Positions 1-9,375 of a stretch of DNA of 64,000 nucleotides are shown here, piece after piece. The notes beneath the pieces were generated by a model. That model was not told where the DNA came from, did no database searches, and was given only the letters and a program-made list of their open reading frames with translations. Within the stretch, counting starts at the first letter, position 1. Every line of letters begins with the position of its first letter. The position numbers and the translations under genes are program-made. The stretch is from a virus, in IMG/VR virus record IMGVR_UViG_642555161_000005; one strand, given 5' to 3'.

Positions 1-216
1 TTCTTCCAGCGTGCAGGCGAACTCGCCTTTCTTGGTCTTGATCAGTTGCAGGTCGGTCAGGCGCTGGCCGGACTGCGCCTCCTGGTGCTCGATGGTGTCC
101 ACCGACAGCGAGACTTTGAGCTCGGGCACGTTGCCGACAAAGGTCAGACCTGCCGGGTTGCCATCGATGTCGCGCGCGCCGATATAGACGCGGCCTTGTC
201 CAGAGAAATAAGCCAT
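1..216 (-). CDS. Major tail (tube) protein, N-terminal part only
   Basis: Translates as MAYFSGQGRVYIGARDIDGNPAGLTFVGNVPELKVSL..., a typical siphovirus tail-tube N-terminus; lies downstream of the neck genes. Confidence 0.75.
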   Translation of the reverse strand, partial: MAYFSGQGRVYIGARDIDGNPAGLTFVGNVPELKVSLSVDTIEHQEAQSGQRLTDLQLIKTKKGEFACTLEE

Positions 217-218
217 GG

Positions 219-407
219 TCAGTCTCCTTGGGTGGTGCCGGACGTGGCATCGCGGCGAGTGGGTTTGGAATCGGTGATAGGCGTGGCGGCCTTGGCCACG
301 CTTTGCGTGATCAGCCAGCGGGCGCTGGCCTCCGCGAGTTCAAGGCGGTCGCCCAAGGCGTGGCGCTTTCCCGCGTGGGTGTGGGGTTTGAGCAGTTCGA
401 TGTGCAT
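219..407 (-). CDS. Small conserved phage protein between neck and tail-tube genes
   Basis: 62-aa ORF tightly packed in the operon. Confidence 0.6.
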   Translation of the reverse strand: MHIELLKPHTHAGKRHALGDRLELAEASARWLITQSVAKAATPITDSKPTRRDATSGTTQGD

Positions 408-414
408 TTCAGAT

Positions 415-840
415 TCATCCTGTTTGGGTGAGATCGATGGCGTGGGTGCGGTAGCGGATTTCGTAACGGGCGGGCAGCATCACGGCCCCGGCGTCGGCGT
501 CGTCGAACTCCCATTCGCAGTCGATCTCGCGCACGGCGATGGCCAGCCCGGAGAGATTCGGGTTGGCCAATAAGGCCGCGTGCGCCGCCACCAGCGCCCG
601 GTCGGCAACGTCGAAGGCATCCGCACCGCGTGCCACCACAGCGAGCCGGACAGACAGCTGCCGGTCGACCAGGTGGTTGGCGTGGGCGGTGATGCTGTCG
701 CCATCGACAAACAGCAGCAGCGCGTGACTGGCCTCGCGGGTGACCGGCACCGCAGGCATCCGCAGCACCGGGGTCGGTGCAATGGCGGATGACAGGCGCG
801 TGACGATCTCCCGCAAGACGCGCTCGCGGACGGAGTTCAT
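415..840 (-). CDS. Tail terminator / tail completion-like protein
   Basis: MNSVRERVLREIVTRL...YEIRYRT; size and position before the tail-tube gene. Confidence 0.65.
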   Translation of the reverse strand: MNSVRERVLREIVTRLSSAIAPTPVLRMPAVPVTREASHALLLFVDGDSITAHANHLVDRQLSVRLAVVARGADAFDVADRALVAAHAALLANPNLSGLAIAVREIDCEWEFDDADAGAVMLPARYEIRYRTHAIDLTQTG

Positions 841-850
841 GGAACGTTCC

Positions 851-1135
851 TCAGAGTTTGGAGAGAAAGGCGCGACGCTCGGAGCCGTCGCCGATGGCGC
901 GCACATCGCGCACCTGATAGCTGATGCCTGCCACATCGACCGTGTCGCCAGCGGCCAGCGTCAGCCACGCCGCCGGATAGTCGAGCTGGTAATCGCGTGA
1001 CAGCGCGAAACCATCGAGCACGGTTTCGTCCGGGGCGCGAAAGCCGCAATGCACCACTGAGCCACCCGCCACCGTGACGGCAGTGAGCAGCCCGGCGTTG
1101 CGCGCGGCTTCGTAGAGCAGCTCGACGGCCAGCAT
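851..1135 (-). CDS. Head-tail joining protein
   Basis: C-terminal part of ORF 851..2191; ATG overlaps the capsid stop; LAAGDTVDVAGISYQVRDVRAIGDG motif of head-closure proteins. Confidence 0.7.
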   Translation of the reverse strand: MLAVELLYEAARNAGLLTAVTVAGGSVVHCGFRAPDETVLDGFALSRDYQLDYPAAWLTLAAGDTVDVAGISYQVRDVRAIGDGSERRAFLSKL

Positions 1136-2139
1136 CAGGATGCCAATACCTTCACCAGCACCGCAGGTCGGTGGCACATCGGCAGCGGGTTGGACTGGGT
1201 GTGAATGTCGGTGCCCCGGTCGAACTTGCGCGGCTCCTGCTTGGCGTACAGCGGCTGACCCAGCGTGTTTGCCGTTTCGTTGAAGTCCGCCGGAGCGAAG
1301 TACGTGGCAAAGGTGTCCACCGTGCCCAACGGGAAGGCGTGGCCTTCGCCATCCTCGATGAAGGGGCGCACGTTGCCGTCGCCATCGCTGGCTTCGCCTG
1401 CGTATTCCTCGAAGGTGATGCCGCAAAACGTGAAGCCCGAACGCATGTCGGAGCGCAGGGCGAAGCTGTCCTGCCAGCGCTGGTAGGCCTCGACGACCTT
1501 CTCGTGGCTGGTGAAGGCGTCGAAGAAATCCGACGACACCAGACAGTGGACGCCCGTCATCCGCTCGCCCTTGAGGTTTTTCTCCAGATAGCGCTTGAGG
1601 TCGAGACACTTCTTCTTGATGTCGGTGCCCGCAGCATTCAGCTGGAAATTGACCACCTTCGGCGTGATCTCGAACAGGTCGAACAGGTTGTAGAGCTCGG
1701 AGCCATCGGCATCGAGAATGATGCCCTTGAGCGCGCCGATGCGCAGATGCTCCAGCGTGATGGCGTGCTTGTTGCGCATCGTTTGTAGGTGCTCGGCCAT
1801 CACCGAGGCCACGGTCTGCACCTCGGTTTCCGAACCGAAGGCGCGAATGCCTTGCACTTCGTCTGGCAGCACCACGTCGTCGTGCGGGATGTGCGGAATA
1901 GTGAAGGAGCGCAGCTTGCGCTTGCCGCGCACGCCGACCGTACCGGGCGAGCCCACCGGCATCGTCGGCAGCAGGGTCAGGATGCCGTTTTTTTCTTCGA
2001 CGGCCACCGAGCGAAAGCGCACCGGCTTGGGCGGAAACAGGCCCATGCTCTCCATCAGCCCATAGTTGTTGGGCAGGATGTTGATGGCAGCGGTCAGCGA
2101 CGACATCGAGAACGCGGGATTCTCGAAAACGTTGTTCAT
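1135..2139 (-). CDS. Major capsid protein (lambda gpE-like)
   Basis: 334 aa; FSMSSLTAAINILP, PADFNETANTLG and QSNPLPMCHRP motifs; follows decoration and protease genes. Confidence 0.9.
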   Translation of the reverse strand: MNNVFENPAFSMSSLTAAINILPNNYGLMESMGLFPPKPVRFRSVAVEEKNGILTLLPTMPVGSPGTVGVRGKRKLRSFTIPHIPHDDVVLPDEVQGIRAFGSETEVQTVASVMAEHLQTMRNKHAITLEHLRIGALKGIILDADGSELYNLFDLFEITPKVVNFQLNAAGTDIKKKCLDLKRYLEKNLKGERMTGVHCLVSSDFFDAFTSHEKVVEAYQRWQDSFALRSDMRSGFTFCGITFEEYAGEASDGDGNVRPFIEDGEGHAFPLGTVDTFATYFAPADFNETANTLGQPLYAKQEPRKFDRGTDIHTQSNPLPMCHRPAVLVKVLAS

Positions 2140-2141
2140 GG

Positions 2142-2519
2142 TCAGACTCCTTTGCGAACGAGGATGCCGAGGCTCTTGAGCTGCTCGACAACCGCCTGCT
2201 TCTCAGCGGCAGTGATGGCGGCGGGCCACGCCAGGGCGTGATCGGCGACGATGGCGTGGCGGGCCAGCATCAGTCCGTCCTCACGGTCGATCAGCGTGGC
2301 GTCGACGGACTGCATCAGCACGCCTGCGGCGTACTGGCTACCATCGGTGGCCGACGGATCGATCTGCTTGAGCTTGGCGGTGGCGGTCACAAGGCCGACG
2401 ACCGTGCCCAGCGGCAGGTTCTGGCCTGCGCCGACGGTGACCTGATCGCGCGAGTAGAGATTGGGCGCTTCGTACTTCAGAAGATCGCCAAGGTTCTTGC
2501 CTTCGGTGATGACGGGCAT
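2142..2519 (-). CDS. Head decoration protein (gpD-like)
   Basis: LGDLLKYEAPNLYSRDQVT...GTVVG; lies between protease and capsid. Confidence 0.85.
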   Translation of the reverse strand: MPVITEGKNLGDLLKYEAPNLYSRDQVTVGAGQNLPLGTVVGLVTATAKLKQIDPSATDGSQYAAGVLMQSVDATLIDREDGLMLARHAIVADHALAWPAAITAAEKQAVVEQLKSLGILVRKGV

Positions 2520-2520
2520 G

Positions 2521-3729
2521 TCACTTCTCCTGTCCGGCGCGGGCACGGGCCGCCTGCACCAAGGGGTTGTCGTTGAGGGATTGCGTGGCCGTGGTGGCCG
2601 CGCTCGGGGTGATCAGGCTGTTGATCTCCTGTCCGGTGGCGCGGACGGCCAGCAAGTGGCCGCGCACAGCGACTGCCGAGGTGCGCGCCGCGAGAAATCC
2701 GGCGATGCGTTCAGGGCAACCCGCCAGCGCACAAAGTTCGGCGATTTCCTGCGCGTCCTCGATGGTCCTCGGCGGGGTCGCGTTAGCAACGCGATCAGGA
2801 TCAGCGCCAACCCCAGGGTCAGCAGTGGTTTCAGGTTCATTCATGAAATGCTCCAGTCGTGGTGAGTGAAGTGAGGCCAGCGCCGCAGCCGCGAGCGCCG
2901 GAGGAGGTGAAAGTGCAGCGGTGAGTTCGGCCAGCAGGTCATCGAAGGTGCCGACTGCATCGGCAAGGCCTGCCGCGACGGCGTCCTGCCCGAAGAACAC
3001 GCCCGCTTCGGTGGCGCGTACTGCGTCGCCTGTCAGGCCGCGATGGCTGGCCACGGTGTCGACGAACAGGCTGTAGATGCGATCCACCTCACTTTTGAGA
3101 AAGGCGTGGGCCTCGTCCGAGATCGGCTCGTGCGGGTTGAGATCGTTCTTGCGCGCTCCGGCAAACACCGTCGTGTAGCGGACACCGTCCTGCGCATCGC
3201 GCACCGACTGGTCGGCGTGCATGGCGATGACGCCAATCGAGCCGACGCCGCCGGTGCGGGTGACAAAGAAGCGGTTGGCCGCCGAGCCCAGCGCGTAGGC
3301 CGCCGAGTACGCCATGTCGTTGGCCAGTGCCCAGACCGGTTTGATCCGCGCAGCGGCGCGCACACGGTCGGCCAGATCGAACACGCCGCCGGACTCGCCG
3401 CCCGGACTGTCGATGTCGAGCACGATGGCGGCCACCGACGGATCGGCGATGGCAGCATCGAGCTGCGTGGCGAGCTCCTGGTAGCTGGTCAGGCCGGAGG
3501 CCGCTTCCAGCCCCACGGCGCGCCGTACCAGCGTGCCGTAGATCGGCAGGACGGCGATGCCGCCGTCTGTGGTTGGCGGACTGCGCGTGGCCGGTACCGG
3601 AATCGGCGTGCCGCTTTCCGACAAGCCGATGCGCGGCCCGAGGACGGCGAGGATGACTTCAAGTTTTGGGCGATGGATTAGCAAGGGCGCGCCAAAGATG
3701 CGCGCCGCCATATGCGGTAGCAGGGTCAT
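2521..3729 (-). CDS. S49-family capsid maturation protease with C-terminal scaffold
   Basis: LDIDSPGGE, AYSAAY and GSIGV motifs. Confidence 0.92.
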   Translation of the reverse strand: MTLLPHMAARIFGAPLLIHRPKLEVILAVLGPRIGLSESGTPIPVPATRSPPTTDGGIAVLPIYGTLVRRAVGLEAASGLTSYQELATQLDAAIADPSVAAIVLDIDSPGGESGGVFDLADRVRAAARIKPVWALANDMAYSAAYALGSAANRFFVTRTGGVGSIGVIAMHADQSVRDAQDGVRYTTVFAGARKNDLNPHEPISDEAHAFLKSEVDRIYSLFVDTVASHRGLTGDAVRATEAGVFFGQDAVAAGLADAVGTFDDLLAELTAALSPPPALAAAALASLHSPRLEHFMNEPETTADPGVGADPDRVANATPPRTIEDAQEIAELCALAGCPERIAGFLAARTSAVAVRGHLLAVRATGQEINSLITPSAATTATQSLNDNPLVQAARARAGQEK

Positions 3730-3739
3730 GGGGATTCCT

Positions 3740-5227
3740 TCAGGCGGACGACTGGTTGCTGTCAGTGGCCTGCGAATTGGGTTCGGCGCTGCCGCCGTCC
3801 TTGGAGGTGCGGCGCGGATCGGAGTCGAAGATCAGGCCGAGGTCATCGGCCCGCTGGTTGTCGGCGGCGATTTCGCGGTCGACGTCCTCGGCGTCGTAGC
3901 CGAAGGCCGAAATGGCTTCCGAGCGGCTGATCAGACCCGCGCGGATGGCCAGCAACATCGCCTTGAATTCTTTCTCCGGATCGACCCACTGCCAGCCCTG
4001 TGGAATCCATTTGCAGGCGGCGTACTCGCGGCGACGGCGGGCGTAGCCCGGAGCCGCCAGCGCTCCAGACAGCACCGCTTGATCGAGCCAGGCATTCCAG
4101 ATCGGGCGACACAGCTGATGCACCAGCACGCCGTGCTGGATGGCCTCGGTGCGGCGACGAAACTCCAGCATTCCGGCACGGATGGAGGAGTAGTTGACGC
4201 CGGAGAGATCGCCGGTCAGCTGCTCGTAGGTCACGCCGATGGCGGCGGCAACCGCACGAAACTGCGCGCGCAGGAATTCGCCATAGCTGCCACCCACATC
4301 GGCAGGATCGGAGAACTTTACGTCCTCGCCGGGCTCCAGAACTTGCAGCGTGCCAGGCTCCATGCCCGCCAGGGCGATGCCTGCGTCGTTGGCGTTGCCT
4401 TCGCCGAGCAGGCTGTCCTCGGGCGACAGGCGCGTGATGAAGCCCGCGAACATCGCGGCGGTTTTCTTGCGCACCAACTCGGCATCGTCGTACTGATCCA
4501 GCTCGTTGAGCTTGATCAGCGCCCGCGACAACCACGGCTCGCCCCGGATCTGCCCCGGGCGCAGCACGCGGTAGAGATGGATGATTTCCCGCGCATCGAT
4601 GCGCACGGTGTCCATGCCGCCTTGCCCGGACATCGGGGCAAGGTGTCCGTCCTCGGGATGGGAGCGGTACAGGTAGTAGGCCACGCGCCGCCCCATCGAA
4701 TCGAATTCAATGCCTGAGCGCACGACATTGCCCGAGGGCAGCTCCGTGTTGAGATGCAGCGGCAGGTGTTCGGCTTCGAGCAGTTGCAATTGCAGCGGCA
4801 CCACAAGGCCATCCTCGGGGCGACGCGGGCGCAGACGGATCAGGCATTCGCCGCCCTCACACATCGCACGAGCGGCCAGTGCCTGCAGGCCGTAGAAATC
4901 GGTCTGCCCGCTGGCGTCTGCCTGTTCCGTCCAGTCGCGCCACAGCGCCTGCACGTCGGCGCGGAAGGCTTCGTCCTTGGCCATTGCCTGCGGCTTGATG
5001 CCGGTGCCGACCGCGTTGGAGACGAAGGCTTCGATTCCGGCATTGGCCCACGCATTGCGCCGCACCAGATCGCGGGATTTGACGCGCAGCTCGTTGGATG
5101 TGGCGAGCATGGCCGCCACCGCGCCGGGGTTGCCCGGCATCCACGCCATCGCGCGCCGTCCTCGGCCCGCTGCTTCGTGGATGGGCGACTGGCCGAATAG
5201 GCTGCGGATTTTGGAGTACCACGCCAT
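3740..5227 (-). CDS. Portal protein, lambda family
   Basis: SRDLVRRNAWA, RPGQIRGEPWL, GDLSGVNYSSIRAG and WVDPEKE motifs. Confidence 0.93.
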   Translation of the reverse strand: MAWYSKIRSLFGQSPIHEAAGRGRRAMAWMPGNPGAVAAMLATSNELRVKSRDLVRRNAWANAGIEAFVSNAVGTGIKPQAMAKDEAFRADVQALWRDWTEQADASGQTDFYGLQALAARAMCEGGECLIRLRPRRPEDGLVVPLQLQLLEAEHLPLHLNTELPSGNVVRSGIEFDSMGRRVAYYLYRSHPEDGHLAPMSGQGGMDTVRIDAREIIHLYRVLRPGQIRGEPWLSRALIKLNELDQYDDAELVRKKTAAMFAGFITRLSPEDSLLGEGNANDAGIALAGMEPGTLQVLEPGEDVKFSDPADVGGSYGEFLRAQFRAVAAAIGVTYEQLTGDLSGVNYSSIRAGMLEFRRRTEAIQHGVLVHQLCRPIWNAWLDQAVLSGALAAPGYARRRREYAACKWIPQGWQWVDPEKEFKAMLLAIRAGLISRSEAISAFGYDAEDVDREIAADNQRADDLGLIFDSDPRRTSKDGGSAEPNSQATDSNQSSA

Positions 5228-5228
5228 C

Positions 5229-5450
5229 TCAGAACCCCTTGCCCGTGGTGACACGGATCTGCCGGGGCGCACCGGGCCACAGGCCGGTGTCCACCGCCTG
5301 CTCGAACAGGTCGCGCTTGACCGCCGCAATCGCCGCCTGGAGTTCATCGACGCTGCGGTACTCGACTGTCTTGTCGCCGAAGGTGACGCGCTTTTCGCCT
5401 TTGGTGAGCGCGGCTTCCAGCGCGTCCAGATGTGCTTGGGTGTAGGCCAT
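5229..5450 (-). CDS. gpW-like head completion protein
   Basis: 73 aa, LEAAL..GEKRVTFGDKTVEYRS, directly upstream of the portal. Confidence 0.85.
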   Translation of the reverse strand: MAYTQAHLDALEAALTKGEKRVTFGDKTVEYRSVDELQAAIAAVKRDLFEQAVDTGLWPGAPRQIRVTTGKGF

Positions 5451-5842
5451 CAGCGAAATACCGTGAGGTTGATTTCAGTGGAATCGGCAAACGACGACAG
5501 CGTGGTGGCGCAGCTGATGTCGACGTGGCCGGTAGTTTTCTGGTCGGTACTGGAGCGCACGACCGCGATGCGCTGGGTGCCGCTGTTGACGTTGCTGCGC
5601 GCCAGCGCCGTCCAGCAGTAGCCGTCGTCGGGCATGGCGTTGGCGAAATTCACGCGGTAACGGCCCGCCGCCGTGCGTGTCACGCTGGCGACGTTGTGCG
5701 CGGCGCGGATCTCGATCTGCGAGCCGACGTAGCCGAAGCACACCCACGCCCGGGCCACGCCGGGGTGGCTGGCGTCGATCTTGGTTTTGACTTCCAGACC
5801 GATGCGGCTGGCCAAGGCGCTGATGCGGGTGGCGAGGCTCAT
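5450..5842 (-). CDS. Fibre-like virion protein
   Basis: ARAWVCFG...IRAAHNVASVTRTAAGRYRVNF resembles fibre C-terminal domains; coupled to neighbours. Confidence 0.55.
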   Translation of the reverse strand: MSLATRISALASRIGLEVKTKIDASHPGVARAWVCFGYVGSQIEIRAAHNVASVTRTAAGRYRVNFANAMPDDGYCWTALARSNVNSGTQRIAVVRSSTDQKTTGHVDISCATTLSSFADSTEINLTVFR

Positions 5843-6330
5843 CAGATCAGCGCGCCTTCGAACACGGCGACGAAATCGGTGTCGGTGTTGCCGACGTCAC
5901 TGCCGGCCACCGCGCCGATGTTGCTGCGTGCTTGCGCCTGCTCGGGTGCGGTCAGCGTCTGCGCGGCATCGAAGCGCACGCGGTTGTTGACGGCGGCGAG
6001 CAGCGCGTCCAGACCGCTGGTGCCGTTCTGCAAGAGCTGCTGGATTTCCACCAGCGTGTCGTAGGCCGCGTCCGCGCCTCCGAGGATTTCCGCCTTGAGC
6101 GCATCGAGCAGCGTGACGATCTTGGACGACGAATAGGTGCTGGTGGTGGCGACCTGACCGTCGTCGATCACGTTTGATGCCACTGCCGCCTGCAGTTCGT
6201 TGATGGCAGCGACCAGGCTGGATTTGTCGGTGGTGCTCAGGTTGGCGAGGTTGCCCGCCTTGGCGCGCACGTCGTTGAATTCCTGCGCGACGCGGATAAC
6301 CAGTGATTCGATACGGGTAGCCAGACTCAT
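5842..6330 (-). CDS. Fibre-like / coiled-coil virion protein
   Basis: NLANLSTTDKSSLVAAINEL, AYDTLVEI and QAQARSNIGA motifs typical of fibre repeats. Confidence 0.55.
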   Translation of the reverse strand: MSLATRIESLVIRVAQEFNDVRAKAGNLANLSTTDKSSLVAAINELQAAVASNVIDDGQVATTSTYSSSKIVTLLDALKAEILGGADAAYDTLVEIQQLLQNGTSGLDALLAAVNNRVRFDAAQTLTAPEQAQARSNIGAVAGSDVGNTDTDFVAVFEGALI

Positions 6331-6341
6331 GCTTTTCTCCT

Positions 6342-8297
6342 TCAGGACAGCCAGCGGCTTTTGATGACGCGCCGAGCTGTATTGCGGTTGCCAGAAACAG
6401 CGAGGCCACCTCGTGGGGTGGCCTCGTTGGATGATTCGATTTGTATTTCAGGGTCTGGCGGACTGGCCATTCCCAGTTGCCGCTCCAGTTCCCGCCAATG
6501 GCGTTCCTCGAAGCGATCCAGTCCCGCGCTGGATGCAGCAGCGCGGGCGTAGACGTAGCAGTCCAGCGCCTCGTTGCGCTCACGCATCTTTTGCCATTCG
6601 CGCACCGGGTAGCCGTTGCGGTCGCGGCGGGTGATTAGTTGCTCGGCACAGAGCTGCTGGATGAACTCGGCGTCGATCTTGGGCAGGTGGACGAAGCCGA
6701 TGGGGTAACGGATCGTGAGCCCATCGTCCTCGACGTCGGCGTTCTTGCGCAGGTTGTTGTAGAACTCCAACTTGGCGATGCCGCCCGCCACCGCGAACAC
6801 CTTGATGCCCCGGCGCAGCTTCTTGCCGCCTTGGGTCATATCGACTGCTGTTGGCGTGCCGATCAGTGCCGCGCCACGCGCCACGCCCTTGACCGCCATC
6901 ACCCGGCTGTCGCGGCAGGCGCGCACGAAGGCATAGGCTTCCTGCGTGGCAAAGCCGGTGTCCAGCGCAAAGCGTGCCAGCGGCAGCGCCGCGCCGCAGG
7001 CGTGCGTCCAGGATTCGGAAAGCATTTCAGCGAGGCGTTTCCACACTGCATCCCGCGCGGTATCGCCCATCAGCACACGGTGCTCGATGAGCCAGCATTC
7101 CTTGCCACGCCCGAAGGCCCAGACCGAGGCCTCGATGCGATCCTTCTGCACGTCGGCCCCGCCGACCAGCAGCAGGCCACCGGCAGGCACGCTGCCGATG
7201 CGGTAGTCCTCGCGCCGCTCGACGAGGCGCTGCCAGTCCGGCGCTTCGCCTTCCTCGACCCAGGTTTCGCCCAGCTCGGTGTTCTTGAAGGTCTTGATGG
7301 CGGCCGCCGATCCGGATTCCTTGTTGACGGCGGCCTCCCACGCAGCGGCAATTTCGCGCCAGCTGCGCCAGCCCACCGGCGAGTACAGCGACGACAGGTG
7401 AAAGCCAGCCGTCTTGCCTTCGGCCATCGCCCGCCACTCGCCGTTTTCGAGCATCCACGTCTTGTGGTGTTCAGAGATCGCCGTGTCGCAGGCCTTGCAG
7501 ATGTAGGCCGCCGTCTCCGGTGCGCCCTTGTCCCAGCGCAGCTGCTCGAAGCGCAGCCATTGCCGGTGTTGGCAATGCGGGCACGGCACGAAGTAGCGGC
7601 GCTGGTCGCTGGCCTCGTATTCGCGCTCGATGGCCGAAGCACCGGAAATCGTCGGCGTCGAGACAATGAAGATCTTGCGTCGGGCGAAGGTGCGGGTGCG
7701 CGCCTCGGCCAGCGAGATCGCATCGCCTTCGCCCTCGACGTCCAGCGGATAGCCGTCGACCTCGTCGAGGAACAGGTAGCGCACCGGCATCGAACGCAGG
7801 CCCACCGCGCTGTTCGCGCCGGTCATCACCAGCACGCCGCCGCGAAACTCCTTGGCCAGAATGGTGTTGCCCGAGTCGCGCGAGCGCGCCGGGGCGATCA
7901 GTTCCGCCAGCGCCGCAGATTCCTCGATCAGCGGGTCGATGCGCTGTTTGGAATTGCGCTTGGCCATTTCCACCGTCGGCCACACGGCCATCATCGGCCC
8001 GGGCGCGTGGTGGATGACGTAGCCGATCCAGTTCGATCCCATCTCGGTCGCGCCGAGCTGCGCGGCTTTCATGAACACCACGCGCTCGATGGGCGACATC
8101 GGAGACAGGCAGTCCATGATGGCTTTGAGGTACGGCGTGCGGCTGGTGCGCCAGCGCCCCGGCTCGGCGGACGCCTTGGAAGACAGTATCCGGTGCCGAT
8201 CCGACCATTCCGATACGGTGAGCAGTGGATCGGGCGTCAAGCCATCGCGCCACGCCCGTTCGATCTCCTGCGCGCCTTCGTAATCTTCCATCGTCAC
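6342..8297 (-). CDS. Terminase large subunit (lambda gpA family)
   Basis: GRWRTSRTPY, KAAQLGATE (Walker A), LFLDEVD (Walker B), CPHC zinc motif, GFHLSSLYSP, NEALDC. Confidence 0.95.
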   Translation of the reverse strand: MTMEDYEGAQEIERAWRDGLTPDPLLTVSEWSDRHRILSSKASAEPGRWRTSRTPYLKAIMDCLSPMSPIERVVFMKAAQLGATEMGSNWIGYVIHHAPGPMMAVWPTVEMAKRNSKQRIDPLIEESAALAELIAPARSRDSGNTILAKEFRGGVLVMTGANSAVGLRSMPVRYLFLDEVDGYPLDVEGEGDAISLAEARTRTFARRKIFIVSTPTISGASAIEREYEASDQRRYFVPCPHCQHRQWLRFEQLRWDKGAPETAAYICKACDTAISEHHKTWMLENGEWRAMAEGKTAGFHLSSLYSPVGWRSWREIAAAWEAAVNKESGSAAAIKTFKNTELGETWVEEGEAPDWQRLVERREDYRIGSVPAGGLLLVGGADVQKDRIEASVWAFGRGKECWLIEHRVLMGDTARDAVWKRLAEMLSESWTHACGAALPLARFALDTGFATQEAYAFVRACRDSRVMAVKGVARGAALIGTPTAVDMTQGGKKLRRGIKVFAVAGGIAKLEFYNNLRKNADVEDDGLTIRYPIGFVHLPKIDAEFIQQLCAEQLITRRDRNGYPVREWQKMRERNEALDCYVYARAAASSAGLDRFEERHWRELERQLGMASPPDPEIQIESSNEATPRGGLAVSGNRNTARRVIKSRWLS

Positions 8298-8367
8298 AAA
8301 TTTGTCCGGAACAAATTTGGGCGCGCTTCAGCGCGCCCGCCAGGGTGAAGCACAGAGATGTGTTTCA

Positions 8368-8952
8368 TCAATCCACACGCGGGCGCAGCTCGCCCAGTTC
8401 GATCAGGTGCTCGCGCACGGCGGTCTCCAGCGCCACGTGCATCTGGTGCGCGTCGATACCCAAGGTCGATGCCATCTGCCCGGACACCCGTGCAGGCCAG
8501 TTCAGCCAGGCATCGCGCTCGATGCGGGCAAGCTTGAATACGTGCGCCACCGCCTGCGCGCGATCCACCAATTCCTTCTTGCGATGCGCGAGCTCCACCT
8601 TGTTGAGCTGGGCCTTGAGCACTTCGTTGACCGTGCGCGCCTGCAGCAGCGAGGTGCCGCCTGCCGACAGCGGCGGTGCGGCCACCTCCGGCGTTTCGCG
8701 CTGTGGTGCTTCGCGTTGCGGCGATGACTTTGCTGCGGCTACAGGTTCCGCACGCGCCTTCGGGGCGCTGGCCGGTTCAGCCGTGGTGGCCTTGCGCGGT
8801 TGCAGGGTGTTTTGCGCCCACTGCGCGTCAGCGGCCTCCGGATCAATCGTGCCGTCTGGCAGTGCGGAAATTCGCCCGGTGTCGATGGCCTTTTTCACGG
8901 CCACGTGCGACACGCCACGGTGGCGCGCGTAGGCGCGAATCGAGAGTCCCAT
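8368..8952 (-). CDS. Terminase small subunit-like protein
   Basis: N-terminal HTH (MGLSIRAYARHRGVSHVAVKKAI), C-terminal coiled coil; directly upstream of terL. Confidence 0.75.
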   Translation of the reverse strand: MGLSIRAYARHRGVSHVAVKKAIDTGRISALPDGTIDPEAADAQWAQNTLQPRKATTAEPASAPKARAEPVAAAKSSPQREAPQRETPEVAAPPLSAGGTSLLQARTVNEVLKAQLNKVELAHRKKELVDRAQAVAHVFKLARIERDAWLNWPARVSGQMASTLGIDAHQMHVALETAVREHLIELGELRPRVD

Positions 8953-8995
8953 CGTCACCTTCTTCAATCATTTGTTCGTCGTTTCCCTGCAATTA

Positions 8996-9026
8996 GCTTG
9001 GCTTCCATCGGGAACAGCGCGTTCAT
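8996..9026 (+). promoter_or_regulatory. Repeated promoter-like motif, copy 1 (GCTTGGCTTC-N9-CAGCGCGTTCAT)
   Basis: Same motif with the same spacing at 9311, 9923 and 28012. Confidence 0.75.
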
Positions 9027-9062
9027 CACGTCACGCCAACCACATCCCGAAAGGAAGCCGCC

Positions 9063-9269
9063 ATGAGCCAGATCGACACCATCCTCACCCTGATCGCCCA
9101 GAAGCATCTCGGCATCGACACCCTGCAAACCCGCCACGCCGACAGCCTGGACTTCCACGACACGGCGGTGTGGTGCGTCCGGGATGCGCTGGAAGCGGCC
9201 TTCAAGGCAGGCGTCGAAGTAGGTGTTTCGCTGCCTGCGCCCACGGAAGCGGACATCGCCCGCGACTGA
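9063..9269 (+). CDS. Small hypothetical accessory protein
   Basis: 68 aa with RBS (GGAAG); IDTLQTRHADSLDFHDTAVWCVRDALEAAF. Confidence 0.8.
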   Translation: MSQIDTILTLIAQKHLGIDTLQTRHADSLDFHDTAVWCVRDALEAAFKAGVEVGVSLPAPTEADIARD

Positions 9270-9310
9270 TCACAAGCCACGAAGTCAAGCGCCAATCACG
9301 ATCAGAAAGC

Positions 9311-9341
9311 GCTTGGCTTCACCACACAGCAGCGCGTTCAT
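9311..9341 (+). promoter_or_regulatory. Repeated promoter-like motif, copy 2
   Basis: GCTTGGCTTC-accacacag-CAGCGCGTTCAT; inverted copy of the left box upstream at 9281-9292. Confidence 0.75.
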
Positions 9342-9375
9342 CACATCGTCACCAACCACTTCGAAGGAGCAACTC

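Noticed and set aside
851..2191. 446-aa ORF overlapping the capsid gene (possible frameshift fusion)
   Set aside because: Only the last 94 codons look coding, with their own coupled ATG; no slippery site recognised
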